In this document: in pieces, positions 25,210-37,486 of the stretch
How the letters are laid out: every line of letters starts with the position of its first letter
How positions within the stretch are numbered: the first letter of the stretch is position 1
Assembly (NCBI GenBank): GCA_002104905.1
Contig: MCFE01000157.1
Span: forward strand, 87,422-151,421
Direction: 5' to 3'
Length of the DNA stretch: 64,000 nucleotides
Source of the DNA: Basidiobolus meristosporus CBS 931.73
Lineage: Eukaryota > Fungi > Basidiobolomycota
Notes under the pieces: model-generated
What the model was told of the DNA's origin: nothing
What the model saw: only the letters and a program-made list of their open reading frames with translations
The model's database searches: none
Position numbers and translations under genes: made by a program

Positions 25210-26016
25210 ATGGCTACCACTACCGAATTCGTCAGTGCCGAGCAGAAATCCTTCTACGACAACGAAGGCTACATCATCCTCAAGGACTACCTCACTCCTG
25301 AAGAGACTGTCCTGGTGGCCAGTGCCATCCAGGAGATCAGGGAATGGCCCGAGACAAAGGGGAAGTGGATGCGCTACTATGAGAACAACGTGAAGACCGG
25401 GGAGCGTCAGCTGTGCCGCATCGAGAACTTCACCCCGTTCCACGAGGCGCTTCGCAACATCATTCTTGGTGAGAAGGTGATGACCGCGCTGGAGGTGTTG
25501 ACAGGAGAGCCAGCGGTGCTGTTCAAAGAGAAGATCAACTTCAAGATGCCAGGCGGAGGTGGGTTCCCAGCCCACCAGGATGCTCCAGCATTCACCCAGT
25601 TCGGGCAATCTTCCCATGTCACAGTGATGTTTGGGGTGGACCCGTTCACCATCGAGAATGGATGTCTGTGGGCTGTCCCCAAGAAGCACAAGCTTGGGGT
25701 GCTACCACAAGAGGAAAAGGATGGGTCCATCTCTGTGGAGTGGTGTGAGAAGGAGGAATGGGTTCCCCTCACCTGTGGACCACGGGATGTGCTGATTTTC
25801 GGAGCCTACCTGCCACACAGGTCAGGGCCCAACAACACTGAGAAGAACCGGACAGCAGTGTATCTCACCTACAACGCAGCCCGGGAAGGAGACCTCCGTA
25901 ACACGTACTACGATGAGAAGAGACGTCTGTTCCCACCAGCCTACGAGCGCGAGCAGGGCATCGACTACTCACAAGGTGGAAAGACATACAACCTTGCCAC
26001 ACCAATTGTGGACTGA
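25210..26016 (+). CDS. Fe(II)/2-oxoglutarate dioxygenase, PhyH family, PhnY-like (copy B, 268 aa)
   Basis: Identical to copy A apart from two residues in the first 8 codons; HQD, H and R motifs intact. Confidence 0.9.
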   Translation: MATTTEFVSAEQKSFYDNEGYIILKDYLTPEETVLVASAIQEIREWPETKGKWMRYYENNVKTGERQLCRIENFTPFHEALRNIILGEKVMTALEVLTGEPAVLFKEKINFKMPGGGGFPAHQDAPAFTQFGQSSHVTVMFGVDPFTIENGCLWAVPKKHKLGVLPQEEKDGSISVEWCEKEEWVPLTCGPRDVLIFGAYLPHRSGPNNTEKNRTAVYLTYNAAREGDLRNTYYDEKRRLFPPAYEREQGIDYSQGGKTYNLATPIVD

Positions 26017-26328
26017 TTAAAATTGTTGATTAATATCAATGAGTACTCATTATCATTAGAAATAAAGAGAAACTATCCCACGACCCTCAATAATGAAAAC
26101 GATTTAAATAGTGTAAAGGTGAGAACGATGCCAGTACTAAAAAAGAGAATTTATGAGGAATGGCATTTTCCAAACTGAACGTCATGGAGAATCGGGCGCA
26201 TCTATTTCTTTTGGTAATCATCGCACGAGGATCCGGTTGACTTTTCTCACTATTACATATAAGATTACAGCACGCAATATTTGGAGGAATGGTTTTTATT
26301 CAAATGTAGGTTATCTAATTAGGGGTTG

Positions 26329-26952
26329 TCATACGTTCAGTGCTGCTTGCTGTCTGAGATGGTTAATGGCTATTTGTCGGTAGCTTTCCAACCCTGGGAC
26401 CTTCAAATCAACCACCTTAGCTCCATCATCCCACCTTCTAATCTCGACTTTCTCTTGGTAATAGGGTAGCTTCTCGAACTCAGCCACTTCCTCAGCGGTA
26501 TATGGACCTCCTTGATACTTCAATGACAGCTTACTAGCATCACTGAGTGTGTCATAATAGTCTGGGTACTTCCCGGTTAAGTAGCGCTTGACTGGTACAT
26601 GGGCCTCCACTAAAGCGGTCACCTTGTCGGAAAAACCTAGCCGCTTCAAGTATTCTGCGCCAATACGTTCATGGCCATGAACTCCCACGCTGAATGGCTC
26701 TTCGCCCTGATTTAAATCTGCGGCCTCTACCAGCATAGCTTTGGAGGCTGGAGAGCTTACGAACTGACCGATATCATGCAGCAACGCGGCTAAGATGGTC
26801 TCATCGTCGGCTCCGCTCTGCTGAGCAGACGCAGCAGCTTGCAGGGCATGATCCAGTTGAGAGATCGCTTCACCAATGTATCCACGCTCACTCCCGTCCT
26901 GTAGGCACTGAAAGATACTGTCGATCACCTTAACGTATTTTTCTTCGGTCAT
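26329..26952 (-). CDS. phnZ: PhnZ-like HD-domain diiron oxygenase (C-P bond cleavage)
   Basis: YIGE.ISQLDHALQAA, LLHDIG, GHERIGA, AHVPVKRYL, LS.AS..SL..QGGP and RRWDD.AK match the PhnZ/TmpB signature, including the metal ligands. Confidence 0.88.
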   Translation of the reverse strand: MTEEKYVKVIDSIFQCLQDGSERGYIGEAISQLDHALQAAASAQQSGADDETILAALLHDIGQFVSSPASKAMLVEAADLNQGEEPFSVGVHGHERIGAEYLKRLGFSDKVTALVEAHVPVKRYLTGKYPDYYDTLSDASKLSLKYQGGPYTAEEVAEFEKLPYYQEKVEIRRWDDGAKVVDLKVPGLESYRQIAINHLRQQAALNV

Positions 26953-27884
26953 TCTCTAGAGCTGTAAATCGTATGGTGGATTTGAATGAAATATTATGAA
27001 GGAACCCAACACTTATATATGCCACATCACCATTCCCCTGTACTACGTGCTAAACTGGTTTCGGAAATCTCGTACGTCCAGAGATTGCCATGTAATTGAT
27101 GGATTCTTTTCAATTTACTTGGCAGATGAATTCCACCCCCAGCCTACAATAGCTGCCCTCACATCCACGTGTAGAGAGCGTTCATTTCTTTCGCTTGTGC
27201 GTTCATTCGAGATGTATGTACAGACGTATTCTGCAACATCGCTCAAGCTGTATTACAATGAGTAATGCTAATTTCGGTCGGAAAATAGAGCCCAACAAGG
27301 TCGAGTCCCAGAAATGGTAACCAACCATCATGATCACGATGCAGTTATTAACGTAAGTTATGCGGGTGTGGTCAATTGAGATTCATGGCCTGAGCTCTTG
27401 ACTAGGGTTCATCAGCATAGTTTGATAGCACGAAACCTCATTGCAGATTGGCATCCAAATACCGTTCGAAACTCTACCACCGATTGCCATCAAGCGAAAC
27501 TCCACCACCGAGATAAACAAACAGTGTTGCGAATTCATGTGAGCATCGACAACGTCACTTCCATTGGCCATGGAGAATAAAAAGGGGGTCATCACCGCGT
27601 CATCTTGAGAAAAAATCTAGGATTCGCCTATCGAAGCAGGACCTATTTTAAAATTTATCACCATGCATCACGCACCACATCACACCACCACACCACACCA
27701 CGCCCACCACCCCTTTTCAAGAATTGCACCCGATTTTTGATTCTTGCTAATTAAAGTCCATAGAGAAAAAGCCAAGGTATCCTACTATCGACGTACCGTT
27801 TGTTGTTTCAAAACCCTTACTGAGCCGAGACTTCCTTTCAACCCAGCACGAGTGAGTCCCATAGGAAAAGTTTTCATATCCACC

Positions 27885-30800
27885 ATGTCGGAACAGCGTA
27901 ATATCTCCCCCGCGGAGGCGATTTCTTCTCCAGATAGAGGGGTGAGTTCTGCAGAGATAGCCCCTTCAAAGGAAGTTGCCAGTGACACGGTTAGAGGATA
28001 CAAACTTCTTGCCAACAAAATAGAAAAAAGCGACACGGACGATCGTTCTTACCGCATGATCCAGTTGGACAACGGCCTGCAGGCCATGCTCATCCACGAT
28101 CCGGAAACGGATCACGGGAGTGCCGCCTTGGACGTCCACGTTGGACATCTCTCGGACCCCGAGAACCTGCAGGGCTTGGCGCATTTTTGCGAGCATCTGT
28201 TATTCATGGTACATACTTTCGAGACTTCTCACTGCCACCCTTTGGTCACCCTCTAACCGTCCGGAACTTTTCTAGGGCACGAAGAAAGTATGTTGCGTTT
28301 TGTGGCCTCGTAGGAAAGACCAGGATTTGGTATAACCTTTGTGTGTGTTCTTTAGTATCCAGTCGAAAACGACTACAACCAGTATCTGTCGGAGCACGGT
28401 GGAGATTCCAACGCTTTCACTTCCCTCGATAACACCAACTACTTCTTCGAGGTCAGGCACGAGCACTTGGAAGGTGCCTTAGATAGGTAGCTATCTAGCA
28501 TGATGTCGACAGCAACCCGATTTCCCAACTTAGTTAATTCCCTATGCGCAGGTTCGCCCAGTTCTTCATTTCCCCTCTGTTCAGCCCTAGCTGTACTGAG
28601 CGAGAGATCAAGGCGGTGGACTCTGGTGAGTGGGCCCCAAGCTTTAACGCGAACCACCCCGCACCCGTCTAACCTTCGCGCCCCATCCAGAGAACAAGAA
28701 GAACCTCCAATCGGACAATTGGCGTATCTTCCAACTGGAGAAGAGTCTCTCCAGCCCTCAGCATCCTTACTGTCATTTCGGAACCGGTAGAAAGATTTAT
28801 TGGCTGGTTTTCGAAGGAGACCCACTCACATCGCTCCACTTTCGCAGGAAACCTTCAAACTCTGTGGGACGGGCCCATCGAGCAAGGGCTGGACGTCAGA
28901 GACGAGCTACTTAAATTCCATGATAGATATTATTCCTCCAACATAATGAAGCTCGTGGTACTTGGAAGAGGTAAACCGCAGTTCGCCGCCCGCCAGGACC
29001 ACCATTCCACTAACTCCCATCCCATTCAGAGTCCCTGGACAAACTCACTGACTGGGTCGTCACCAAATTTTCCCCGATCGAGAACAAAAACATAGAAGCC
29101 CCGGTCTTTCCAGGAAACCCATTAACTCCCCGTGAACTCCAGGTTTCTGGCCAGTAGTAGTTGTAGTCCAGCCCAGGGCCCCACGCTAACCCGAACTCTC
29201 CTCCAGAAACAAGTCAAAATTAGACCCGTGAAAGACCTCCGTACCTTGGAGCTCGCATTTCCTTTCCCGGACCAGTATCCGTTGTACAAAGTGCAGGTAG
29301 GTAGCGTTCTTCTGGCTTGTCGTGCTGAAGGCTGAACTAACAGCCGGTACAGCCGGGTAGGTATTTGTCCCACTTGATTGGCCACGAGGGCACCGGCTCG
29401 ATCCTCTCGTTGCTCAAGAAGAAAGGTAAAGGAGATCTGCATGAATCCTCTGTGATGGGATGATCTGACTGATCTGCGTTAAGGTTGGGCGAACTATTTG
29501 TCCGCCGGCGCTTCGCACGGTGGTATTGGGTTCGAGTTTTTCAAAATCAGCGTGGACCTCACCGAGGAAGGCTTAAGTAAGTGAGAGCCTGGCAGCTGGC
29601 AAGAGCGCAGTTTGACTAACAAGTCTCCACTCCACCAGACCACACGGACGAGATCGTTCGCATTATATTCCAATACATCGAGATGATGAAGAGAGTCGGT
29701 GTGCAGGAATGGATCTTCCGCGAGGTTGAGAACCTTGCCTCGATGTCGTTTAGATTCAAGGAGAAAACCCCACCTTCAAGCTATACCTCGCGGGTGGCTA
29801 CCCTGATGCAACGCCCATACCCTCCAGAATGGGTGCTCTCCGGACCGTATCTTATTCGCGAATATAACCCCCAATGCATCGAAGAATGCCTTGAATGGCT
29901 CCGCCCAGACAACTTCAGGTAACGTCTCTCCACAAGCCCCGCCGAACCAACCCTACGAGCTCTAACCCCGAGTCCCTTGATCAGAACCTTCTTGATTAGC
30001 CAGAGCTTCGACCCCAAGGGAATGGAGGTTGAGAAATGGTATGGAACCAATTACCAGGTGGCCGACTTTTCCGAGGAATTCAAAGAGGTAACTAAACAGA
30101 GTTAAGCCATGCCTACGGCCACTCATCCCTTTCCCTCCACGCAGGACCTTCGCAAGCTTACCCTGAATGCGGAACTCAAATTCCCAAAGCCAAATCCATT
30201 CATCCCGACCAACTTCGACACCAATAAGGTCCCCACCAAAGAGCCGATCAAACGCCCCGCACTCATCTGCAACAACGGCATCTCCCGGGTGTGGCACAAG
30301 AAGGATGATACGTTCTGGGTACCCAAATTGAATATGTGGTTCTTCTTCAAGACCCCGCTGGCGTACGATACGCCATCGAGCTGCGTCAAGACCAGAATGT
30401 TCACCGAGCTCCTGAGGGATTCCCTCACCGAGTACTCGTACGACGCCGAAGTGGCGGGCATCAACTACTCCTTGGAGAACGAGACCGAGGGAATCTCCCT
30501 GGAAATCGACGGGTACAACGACAAGATCGGCATCCTGCTTGACACGATTGTCCAGCGCATGAAGGCGTTCGAGGTCAAGCCCGAAAGGTTCGAGATCGTC
30601 CGGGAAGAGGTTCGCCGCGGCTTCAAGAACTTCCAGCTCGAGGCCCCCCATCAACACTCCATGTATTATCTGTCGTATGTTATCCAAGACCGACTTTGGA
30701 CCCATGACGAGAAGCTGGCCGAGTTGGACGGGCTTACCCTGGCCGATGTGGAGGCATTCGTGCCTCAACTGCTCAGCCATCTTCACATCGAATCCCTGAT

Positions 30801-31783
30801 CCACGGAAACATCACCCAGGAGAAGGCCAAGGAAATGGCCCAACGGGTGGAATCCATGCTCCAACCCAAGCCTTTGCTTCAATCGCAGCTCATCTCGTCC
30901 CGCGAGTCGGTCATGATGAGCGGCGCCAACTACGTACACCAGCGGGATGTCCCCAACGTGGCCAACGTAAACTCCGCCATCGAGTATTACTGTCAGGTTT
31001 GTGAAAGAGATGAATGAATGTTTGCCGAGAGAACCCCCGAGCTCATGCCCCCCATTTAGGTCGGAAGCACCAAGGATGTCGTACTCCGCGCTCGCCTCAA
31101 CCTCTTGGCGAAGATCACCCAAGAACCTTGTTTCGATCAGCTTCGTACCAAGGAGCAGCTGGGCTATTTGGTGTTCAGTGGAATGAGGAACCACACCACC
31201 ACCATGGGGATGCGGATCATCCTGCAGAGTGAGAAAGAGCCGATCTACCTGGAAAACCGTATCGAGATCTTCCTCGAGAAACTTCAGGGGATTCTTGAGA
31301 ACATGTCGGATCAAGAGTACCAGAAGCATGTGGACTCGCTGATCGCCAAGAAACTGGCGAAGAACAAGAACCTGTGGCAGGAGAGCCACCGCTACTGGGC
31401 CCACATTCACTCCGGGTTCTACGAGTTTGACCAAAGTAAGTCCCCTTCGCATTAACCCACCCAGACCCCCGTGCTCATCGCTTCCCGCTCATCTAGTTGA
31501 CACCGATGTCCAAAACCTTCGTAAAGTTCAGAAGGCCGAGCTCTTGGAGTTCTTCAATCAATATGTGCATCCCGCCTCCACTCATCGTAAGAAGTTGTCC
31601 ATTCACTTGAAGGCGCAGAAGGCCCCTACCGGCGCCGCGGCCGTCGACCTGAATCAAGATGGACGGGATCACTCCAAGCTGACGGATAACAACGAGGTAG
31701 TCAGCAACCTTGTGCTGTTCAAGTCCTCCCTGCCCCTGTCCAAAGCAGCCATCCCTATGTGTGAATTACCAGTTCTTGAGTAA
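27885..31783 (+). CDS. Insulysin / insulin-degrading enzyme-like M16A metallopeptidase (multi-exon)
   Basis: Inverted zinc motif HFCEHLLFM; [22 protein letters not shown] and [12 protein letters not shown]; many short GT-AG introns. Confidence 0.93.
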
Positions 31784-32407
31784 GGGGATCCCACCCGACC
31801 TGGGTAAGGAAATGCCTCGATTTATCCCTTCCCTCCCCTCCCCTCCCCCTTGTTTCGTTGCAACCACTTTATCTCTTAGTTCGCCCAATAAATATTTATG
31901 TGAATTCAATCCGGTGTGCGCTAGGTTTGGGAGAATTGGCATGGAATGAAGGGGTTGGGTTATCTTCCCATGGCGGTTTGGCGGGGATGCACAGAATGGC
32001 TGCGATAACACGGATCAGCACCCGCGCACTCACATATGGGAAGCTCACATCCCCCGGTCCGTAACGCCGGCAATCATCCTTGGCCAGATCTGAGATAGGC
32101 AGCGATTCTGCCACCCAAACGTCACCCGAACGCTGAGATGACATAGCAATTCAACCGAGACATGGAAGAATTTTCATGTGCAGGGCAGCGGATCAGTCAC
32201 GAAAATGCCTTAGCTTTCACATCGGCGTGTAACATTGTGTCTTCAATGGTCGTGGGAAATTCGAGCGTCGAAAGATAACTGAGTCTATTCTTAATTGAGC
32301 AATCGCCGAGACCATTGGGTGCTCGAAGAGCTATAAAATACCAAGTGGGCAATCGTCACTCCATTAGTCTCTATCAGTCCCCATTAGCCATTCCCTCTCC
32401 TCTAATC

Positions 32408-33599
32408 ATGTTCAAGCTTCGACCAGGCATTGGGTAGGTGCTTCGTTTCGATGGTGATCCTGGCCAACTACTGATGTTTCTTCACAAGCGCCTTATTGGC
32501 AAAGACATCCCCGGCACGCATGTCTCCCCTCAGAGCCATCGCCACCTCGGCCGTCTCGTACGGCCACCAGACCCCAGTGTTATTCCACCCCAAGAAAGGC
32601 AGGTAGCGGTTCGTGGCCAGGTCCATTACGAAACTAACCTCTTGATTCAGGTCAAGACCCACACGGGTATTCCGCGGAGAAGAGTCCGTTAAGCGGGCTG
32701 TTGAAGAGGAATGCTTCCTGGTCGGAGAATGTGCACCACTCCGACCCCACCTTCTTCACACGTTCGGCGGAAAAGCAAACGCCCAACATCCTCTGGTTAG
32801 GTACGGGGCTTCGCTTCGCAACGGAATTCATGATCTTTGGATTGACCCTTGTTTGGCCATGTAGGTTGCTCCGACTCCAGAGTCACAGCAGAGCAAATTG
32901 TGGGAGCAGGTAAGCCAATCAGTATGGAATACCGGGGGACCCACAGATTGACACCTAATCTTAGGCCCGGGTGAACTGTTCGTCCATCGCAACATCGCCA
33001 ACCTGTGCGTCCACACCGATCTCAACTGCTTGTCGGTGATCCAGTACGCAGTGGATGTGCTCAAGGTGGAGCATATCATTGTATGTGGTATGAATCTTTC
33101 TTGGTCATTGTTTGGTCACGCGACTAACCTGGGACTTACAAATCAGGACATTATGGTTGTGGAGGAATAGCCGCTGCCATTCAACCAGAGCCATTAGGCC
33201 TCATCGATCATTGGCTGGTCAACATCAAGGATGTCTATGCCGCCAACAAGGAAAAATTCGAGAGTAAGCAGGGTTCCTGATAAACCATGATGGTCTCCAT
33301 GTTCTAACCACCTGAACCAATCAGATATCCACGATCAAAAGGAAAAAGAGAATCTGTTGTCCGAATTGAACGTTGGAGAGACTGTGCGATCCATTTGCCA
33401 CACTGCGATTGTGCAGAGAGCCTGGAAGCGCGGGCAGAAACTAAGCGTACATGGGTGGATGTATGGCCTGGATGATGGGCTCATTAGCGAGCTGGGCTGG
33501 TGTGTTAGTGGCTCCTCGCAGCTGGAATCAGTCTATGTCTATGAAAATGCCAAACGTGTAAAGCATCCACAGCAGCTAGTTGGATCCGAGGGAATATAG
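32408..33599 (+). CDS. Beta-class carbonic anhydrase 1 (multi-exon, probable mitochondrial presequence)
   Basis: [38 protein letters not shown] and ELNV; Arg/Ser/Ala-rich N-terminal extension lacking acidic residues. Confidence 0.9.
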
Positions 33600-34192
33600 A
33601 CTTCAGCATCCCTCTTGTGTACCATCTCTGTTCATAACCAAACTTGCATTCAATGTCATCATCGTTGTCTGAAATAAACCATTACTGCCGTCGGTATCCG
33701 TAGCATCCACCAGGTTTGGTTAACACAACCAATCGTCCACAAGACCAACACAACCAATCGTCCACAAGGCCAACACTAAATTCATCCAAGGGAGGTGATA
33801 GATGGGTGATAGGTTGAACCAAATATTGGACTGGCTGATTGGATGGTTAGACGCACTACGTGTCAATTGTGAGCGTATGAGTGTGTATGGAAGTGTGTAT
33901 GGTTATGTACGATCATTCGATAGTCGTTCTTATCTATTTCCTTCTCCACACGTAATTAAATGCTGTGTTCAGCCAATCGCCCATTTTGGTAACAGTGTAC
34001 AGAGATTAACCTAAACCAATCCTTGCCTGACAATTTGGAGTAAATTGGTGGAGCCATCAGACATGTACTTTATATGACCACATTTACACTTGACGTGCTT
34101 CCGATTGGGCCATTGGGCTATTGGGCCATTCTGACCGACTTTTAAATAAACCTGTCATCTCCATGGCATGAAGCGATTCACGAATACCGACA

Positions 34193-35120
34193 ATGACCCA
34201 CGACAACTCCCTTCAAGGTACGTTGGTGGGAGCTTCTCCCCTGAGAACCATGGCTAACCTCTTCTCCAGACGACAGACTTGCCGGCATGCTCCAAAGAAA
34301 CAAGGAGTGGGCAGCCAAGGTTCAGAACGAGCAACCGGAGTTCTTCGCCAATTCTGCCAAGGGACAAAGCCCCAAGATTCTTTGGATCGGCTGTTCCGAC
34401 TCTAGAGTCCCCGCCGAGCATATCGTTCAATGTGGTACGTACTGTTAATGCTGTACCGAGTATCATGCCAGACACTTACGAGCCCCGCAGCACCCGGTGA
34501 TCTCTTTGTCCACCGAAATGTCGCCAACCTGTGTCTCCATACCGACATGAACTGTCTCTCTGTGCTTCAGTATGCTGTCGACGTGCTTAAAGTGGAGCAC
34601 ATCATTGTCTGTGGTGCGTAGCGCATTTGAAAAAATTGTCAGGAAAGCCTCGATGGTGGTTAACGCTCTATTCGACAGGTCACTATGGGTGTGGAGGTGT
34701 GAAGGCGGCCACTGCCAATCAGTTCAACGGTTTAATCGACTCCTGGTTATGCAACATCAAGGATGTCTACAGAGGTACGTATCTCACAAGCAGCCCACGC
34801 ATTCGCAGCGCCATTAATAAATTCCCCCAACAGCTAATCAAATGCACCTCGATGCGGTTAAGGATGCCAATGCCAGACAAGATCTCCTTGTGGAGCTTAA
34901 CGTAGGCAATACTGTTCACAACGTCTGCCATAGTCCCATAGTGCAAGCCGCTTGGGAACGCCAACAGCCACTCGCGGTGCATGCTTGGTGTTACGGATTG
35001 GAAGATGGCCTAATCCGTGAGCTTGGCCTGGTCATCTCCAAGAAGGACCAAGTTGAAGCCGTGTACAAGATGGAGGTTCTTGACAAAACCGCCAGCACCA
35101 AAGCTAGCGAGGCCAAGTGA
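34193..35120 (+). CDS. Beta-class carbonic anhydrase 2 (multi-exon, no presequence)
   Basis: [31 protein letters not shown] and ELNV. Confidence 0.92.
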
Positions 35121-35496
35121 TGCTTCCAACCAACATCAAGCACATTTGTAATTGTATTTCACATTATTCCACATTATTCCATGCACTCTTTCATCGCATT
35201 CCCACCATATCTAATCAGATGCTAATAAAAGTCGGCATTCACCATATCAACCCTCTTGAATCCCTCCTTCGTATCGTTATCAGATTTTTTGAGTAGTGAC
35301 ATTCTTATTACTAATCGTGGCATCCGCAATCGCTCGATTTTTTTCTTTTTTTTCGTCGCATCGTAGAGTGAATATGCATGTGGTACAGGGTGTCGGCGGT
35401 GTGTGATGATTAAAATAGCATTTCGAATCAAGGGTATCCCGCCAAAACCAGTATTCCCTCAACATCGTACTTATTTTTGAAGTTTTGATATTGGCT

Positions 35497-36660
35497 ATGG
35501 AAAGCGAACACCCAGCCAAGATGGAGACCAAGTGGGTCCAAGTAAATCCTGAAGCATACACTTTCGCCGCCGACTTGGAGAAGCCCCAGTATGTGGACCC
35601 TCCCAAAGAGGACCCTTTGATAGAAGCGGCCAAGCTTTTGGCTGACAAGGAGGTGGTCGCAGTGCCAACCGAGACGGTCTACGGTCTGGCCGGAAATGCA
35701 TTCTGCGAAACTAGCGTACGAAAGATATTCGAAGTGAAGAACCGCCCAGCAGACAACCCCCTGATCGTTCACGTCTCCTCGTTGGAGATGTTGAGGTCTT
35801 TACTTCCCGAAGGGAAGATCCCTGAAGTATATACCGAGGTCATCCGAAAGTTCTGGCCAGGTCCGCTAACCATCCTCCTCCCTTGCTCGGAATTGATCCC
35901 TTCAGTAGTCACTTGCAACCAGCCCACCGTTGCTATTCGCTTTCCTTCCCACCCGGTGGCTCGTGCCTTGATCGACTTGTGCGGCTTCCCACTTGCTGCA
36001 CCCTCGGCTAATTCCTCAGGAAAGCCCTCACCGACCTTGGCCAAACACGTATACAAAGATCTGAATGGGAAGATCCCATTCATCATAGACGGCGGTCAAT
36101 GTGACGTGGGACTGGAATCCACCGTGTTGGATGCTCTTAGAAATCCACCAGTCATTCTACGACCAGGCGGGGTCACTTATGAGGAGCTGGTGAAAATCCC
36201 TGGATATTCTGATCTGAAGGTATACAAAAAGGATTTCGTCGACAAAGCACTGGAAATGGTACCCACCACACCTGGTATGAAGTACCGCCACTACTCCCCC
36301 GAGGCGGAGGTGGTTCTGTTCGAGAGCGAGACGGATGCCATGGAGCATAACACCAAGTTGGCCGCCATGCAGGAAGAGATCAAGGCGTTGGAGAAACTTG
36401 GAAAAAGCAAATTTGGCATTCTAAGAACCACCCCTATCGGCGCTCAACCCACACATTACGGTGACATGGAGTATGTGGAGTTGCCCATGGGTGACGCTCG
36501 CCAGCCAGACCTGGTTGCCAAGGAATTGTTCAAAGCTTTTAGATATTTGGATGAGATGAATGTGGATTCCATCCTTGTGGAGGGAATCGCCGAGTCCGAC
36601 GAAGGCCTCGCCGTGATGAATCGCTTGAGAAAAGCCGCCTCACGGATCATCAAATGCTAG
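35497..36660 (+). CDS. SUA5: Threonylcarbamoyl-AMP synthase (YrdC + Sua5 domains)
   Basis: VAVPTETVYGLA, KNRPADNPLIVH, APSANSSGKPSPT, GLESTV and PGMKYRHYSP. Confidence 0.96.
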   Translation: MESEHPAKMETKWVQVNPEAYTFAADLEKPQYVDPPKEDPLIEAAKLLADKEVVAVPTETVYGLAGNAFCETSVRKIFEVKNRPADNPLIVHVSSLEMLRSLLPEGKIPEVYTEVIRKFWPGPLTILLPCSELIPSVVTCNQPTVAIRFPSHPVARALIDLCGFPLAAPSANSSGKPSPTLAKHVYKDLNGKIPFIIDGGQCDVGLESTVLDALRNPPVILRPGGVTYEELVKIPGYSDLKVYKKDFVDKALEMVPTTPGMKYRHYSPEAEVVLFESETDAMEHNTKLAAMQEEIKALEKLGKSKFGILRTTPIGAQPTHYGDMEYVELPMGDARQPDLVAKELFKAFRYLDEMNVDSILVEGIAESDEGLAVMNRLRKAASRIIKC

Positions 36661-36880
36661 AGTCTCTCATTTAATCCCCTTCATGTCCCCCCCACAACCT
36701 ATTAATGTACCATAAGCTTCATCATGTAAGAACTCTCGTTGATTTTGGACTCCTGGTGGTGATGGCTCCTTTACTACTCATAATCTTCTTTCGTGTCACT
36801 GATAAAAATACACTTGATCACAACAATACTGCGTCTCCGATGGTTTATTGATATTATATGCGAAGGTGGCTGAGGGTTGT

Positions 36881-37486
36881 TCATTTCTTGGGGAACTTCT
36901 CTCCCTGAAGAGTAACCACCAATCTTCTGGAGCCGCCGTGGTCGCGGTGTTCACAGAGCCAGATCCTAGGTGAAATAAACTGTTGTGAATACTAGCCAAG
37001 GAAGCAGGCTTAATCTTTTAATTACCCTTGCCATGTACCGAGGGCTAGACGGCCATTGCAGATGGGAATGTTCAGCGACACGCCAAATAGGGAGCTCTTT
37101 ACGTGACCGGGCTGGGAAACGGAGTTAGTCGCTATTCGAGAAGGTGTACTTCAAGTTCAATGTACCATATCATCGGCGCCCTCCATAGTGTGTATGTAAG
37201 GCGCATTTTCTGGCGCCAAGCGGTTCAGCATCATCTCCATATCAACTCTCACATCTGGATCACAGTTCTCGTTGATGGTGAGCGAGGCGCTACTATGTTG
37301 CACTTGAAAATCAACCGGTCAGGAAAGCGCACTTCATAAACCACCCCTGAAGAACTTACGGAAGAAATTCGCCATGCCGACTTTGTACTCTTTCAGCTGT
37401 GGAACTTGGGCCAGGATTTCATCTGTGACCAGGTGGCAGCCTCGTCTCTTCGCGGAAAATCGTACATTCGCTTGTGCCCAAGACAT
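36881..37486 (-). CDS. UPF0047/YjbQ family protein (multi-exon; missed by the ORF track)
   Basis: Spliced reading [64 protein letters not shown]. Confidence 0.88.

Noticed and set aside
20854-25772. Antisense ORFs over both dioxygenase genes (243, 162 and 121 aa)
   Set aside because: Shadow frames produced by codon bias; duplicated only because the sense genes are.
20527-26952. Bacterial horizontal transfer argued from lack of introns
   Set aside because: SUA5 and the MFS gene here are also intronless and the PAP2 genes look eukaryotic; only a phylogeny can decide.
29962-31452. 496-aa minus-strand ORF
   Set aside because: Antisense shadow of the GC3-rich insulysin exons; no recognisable motifs.
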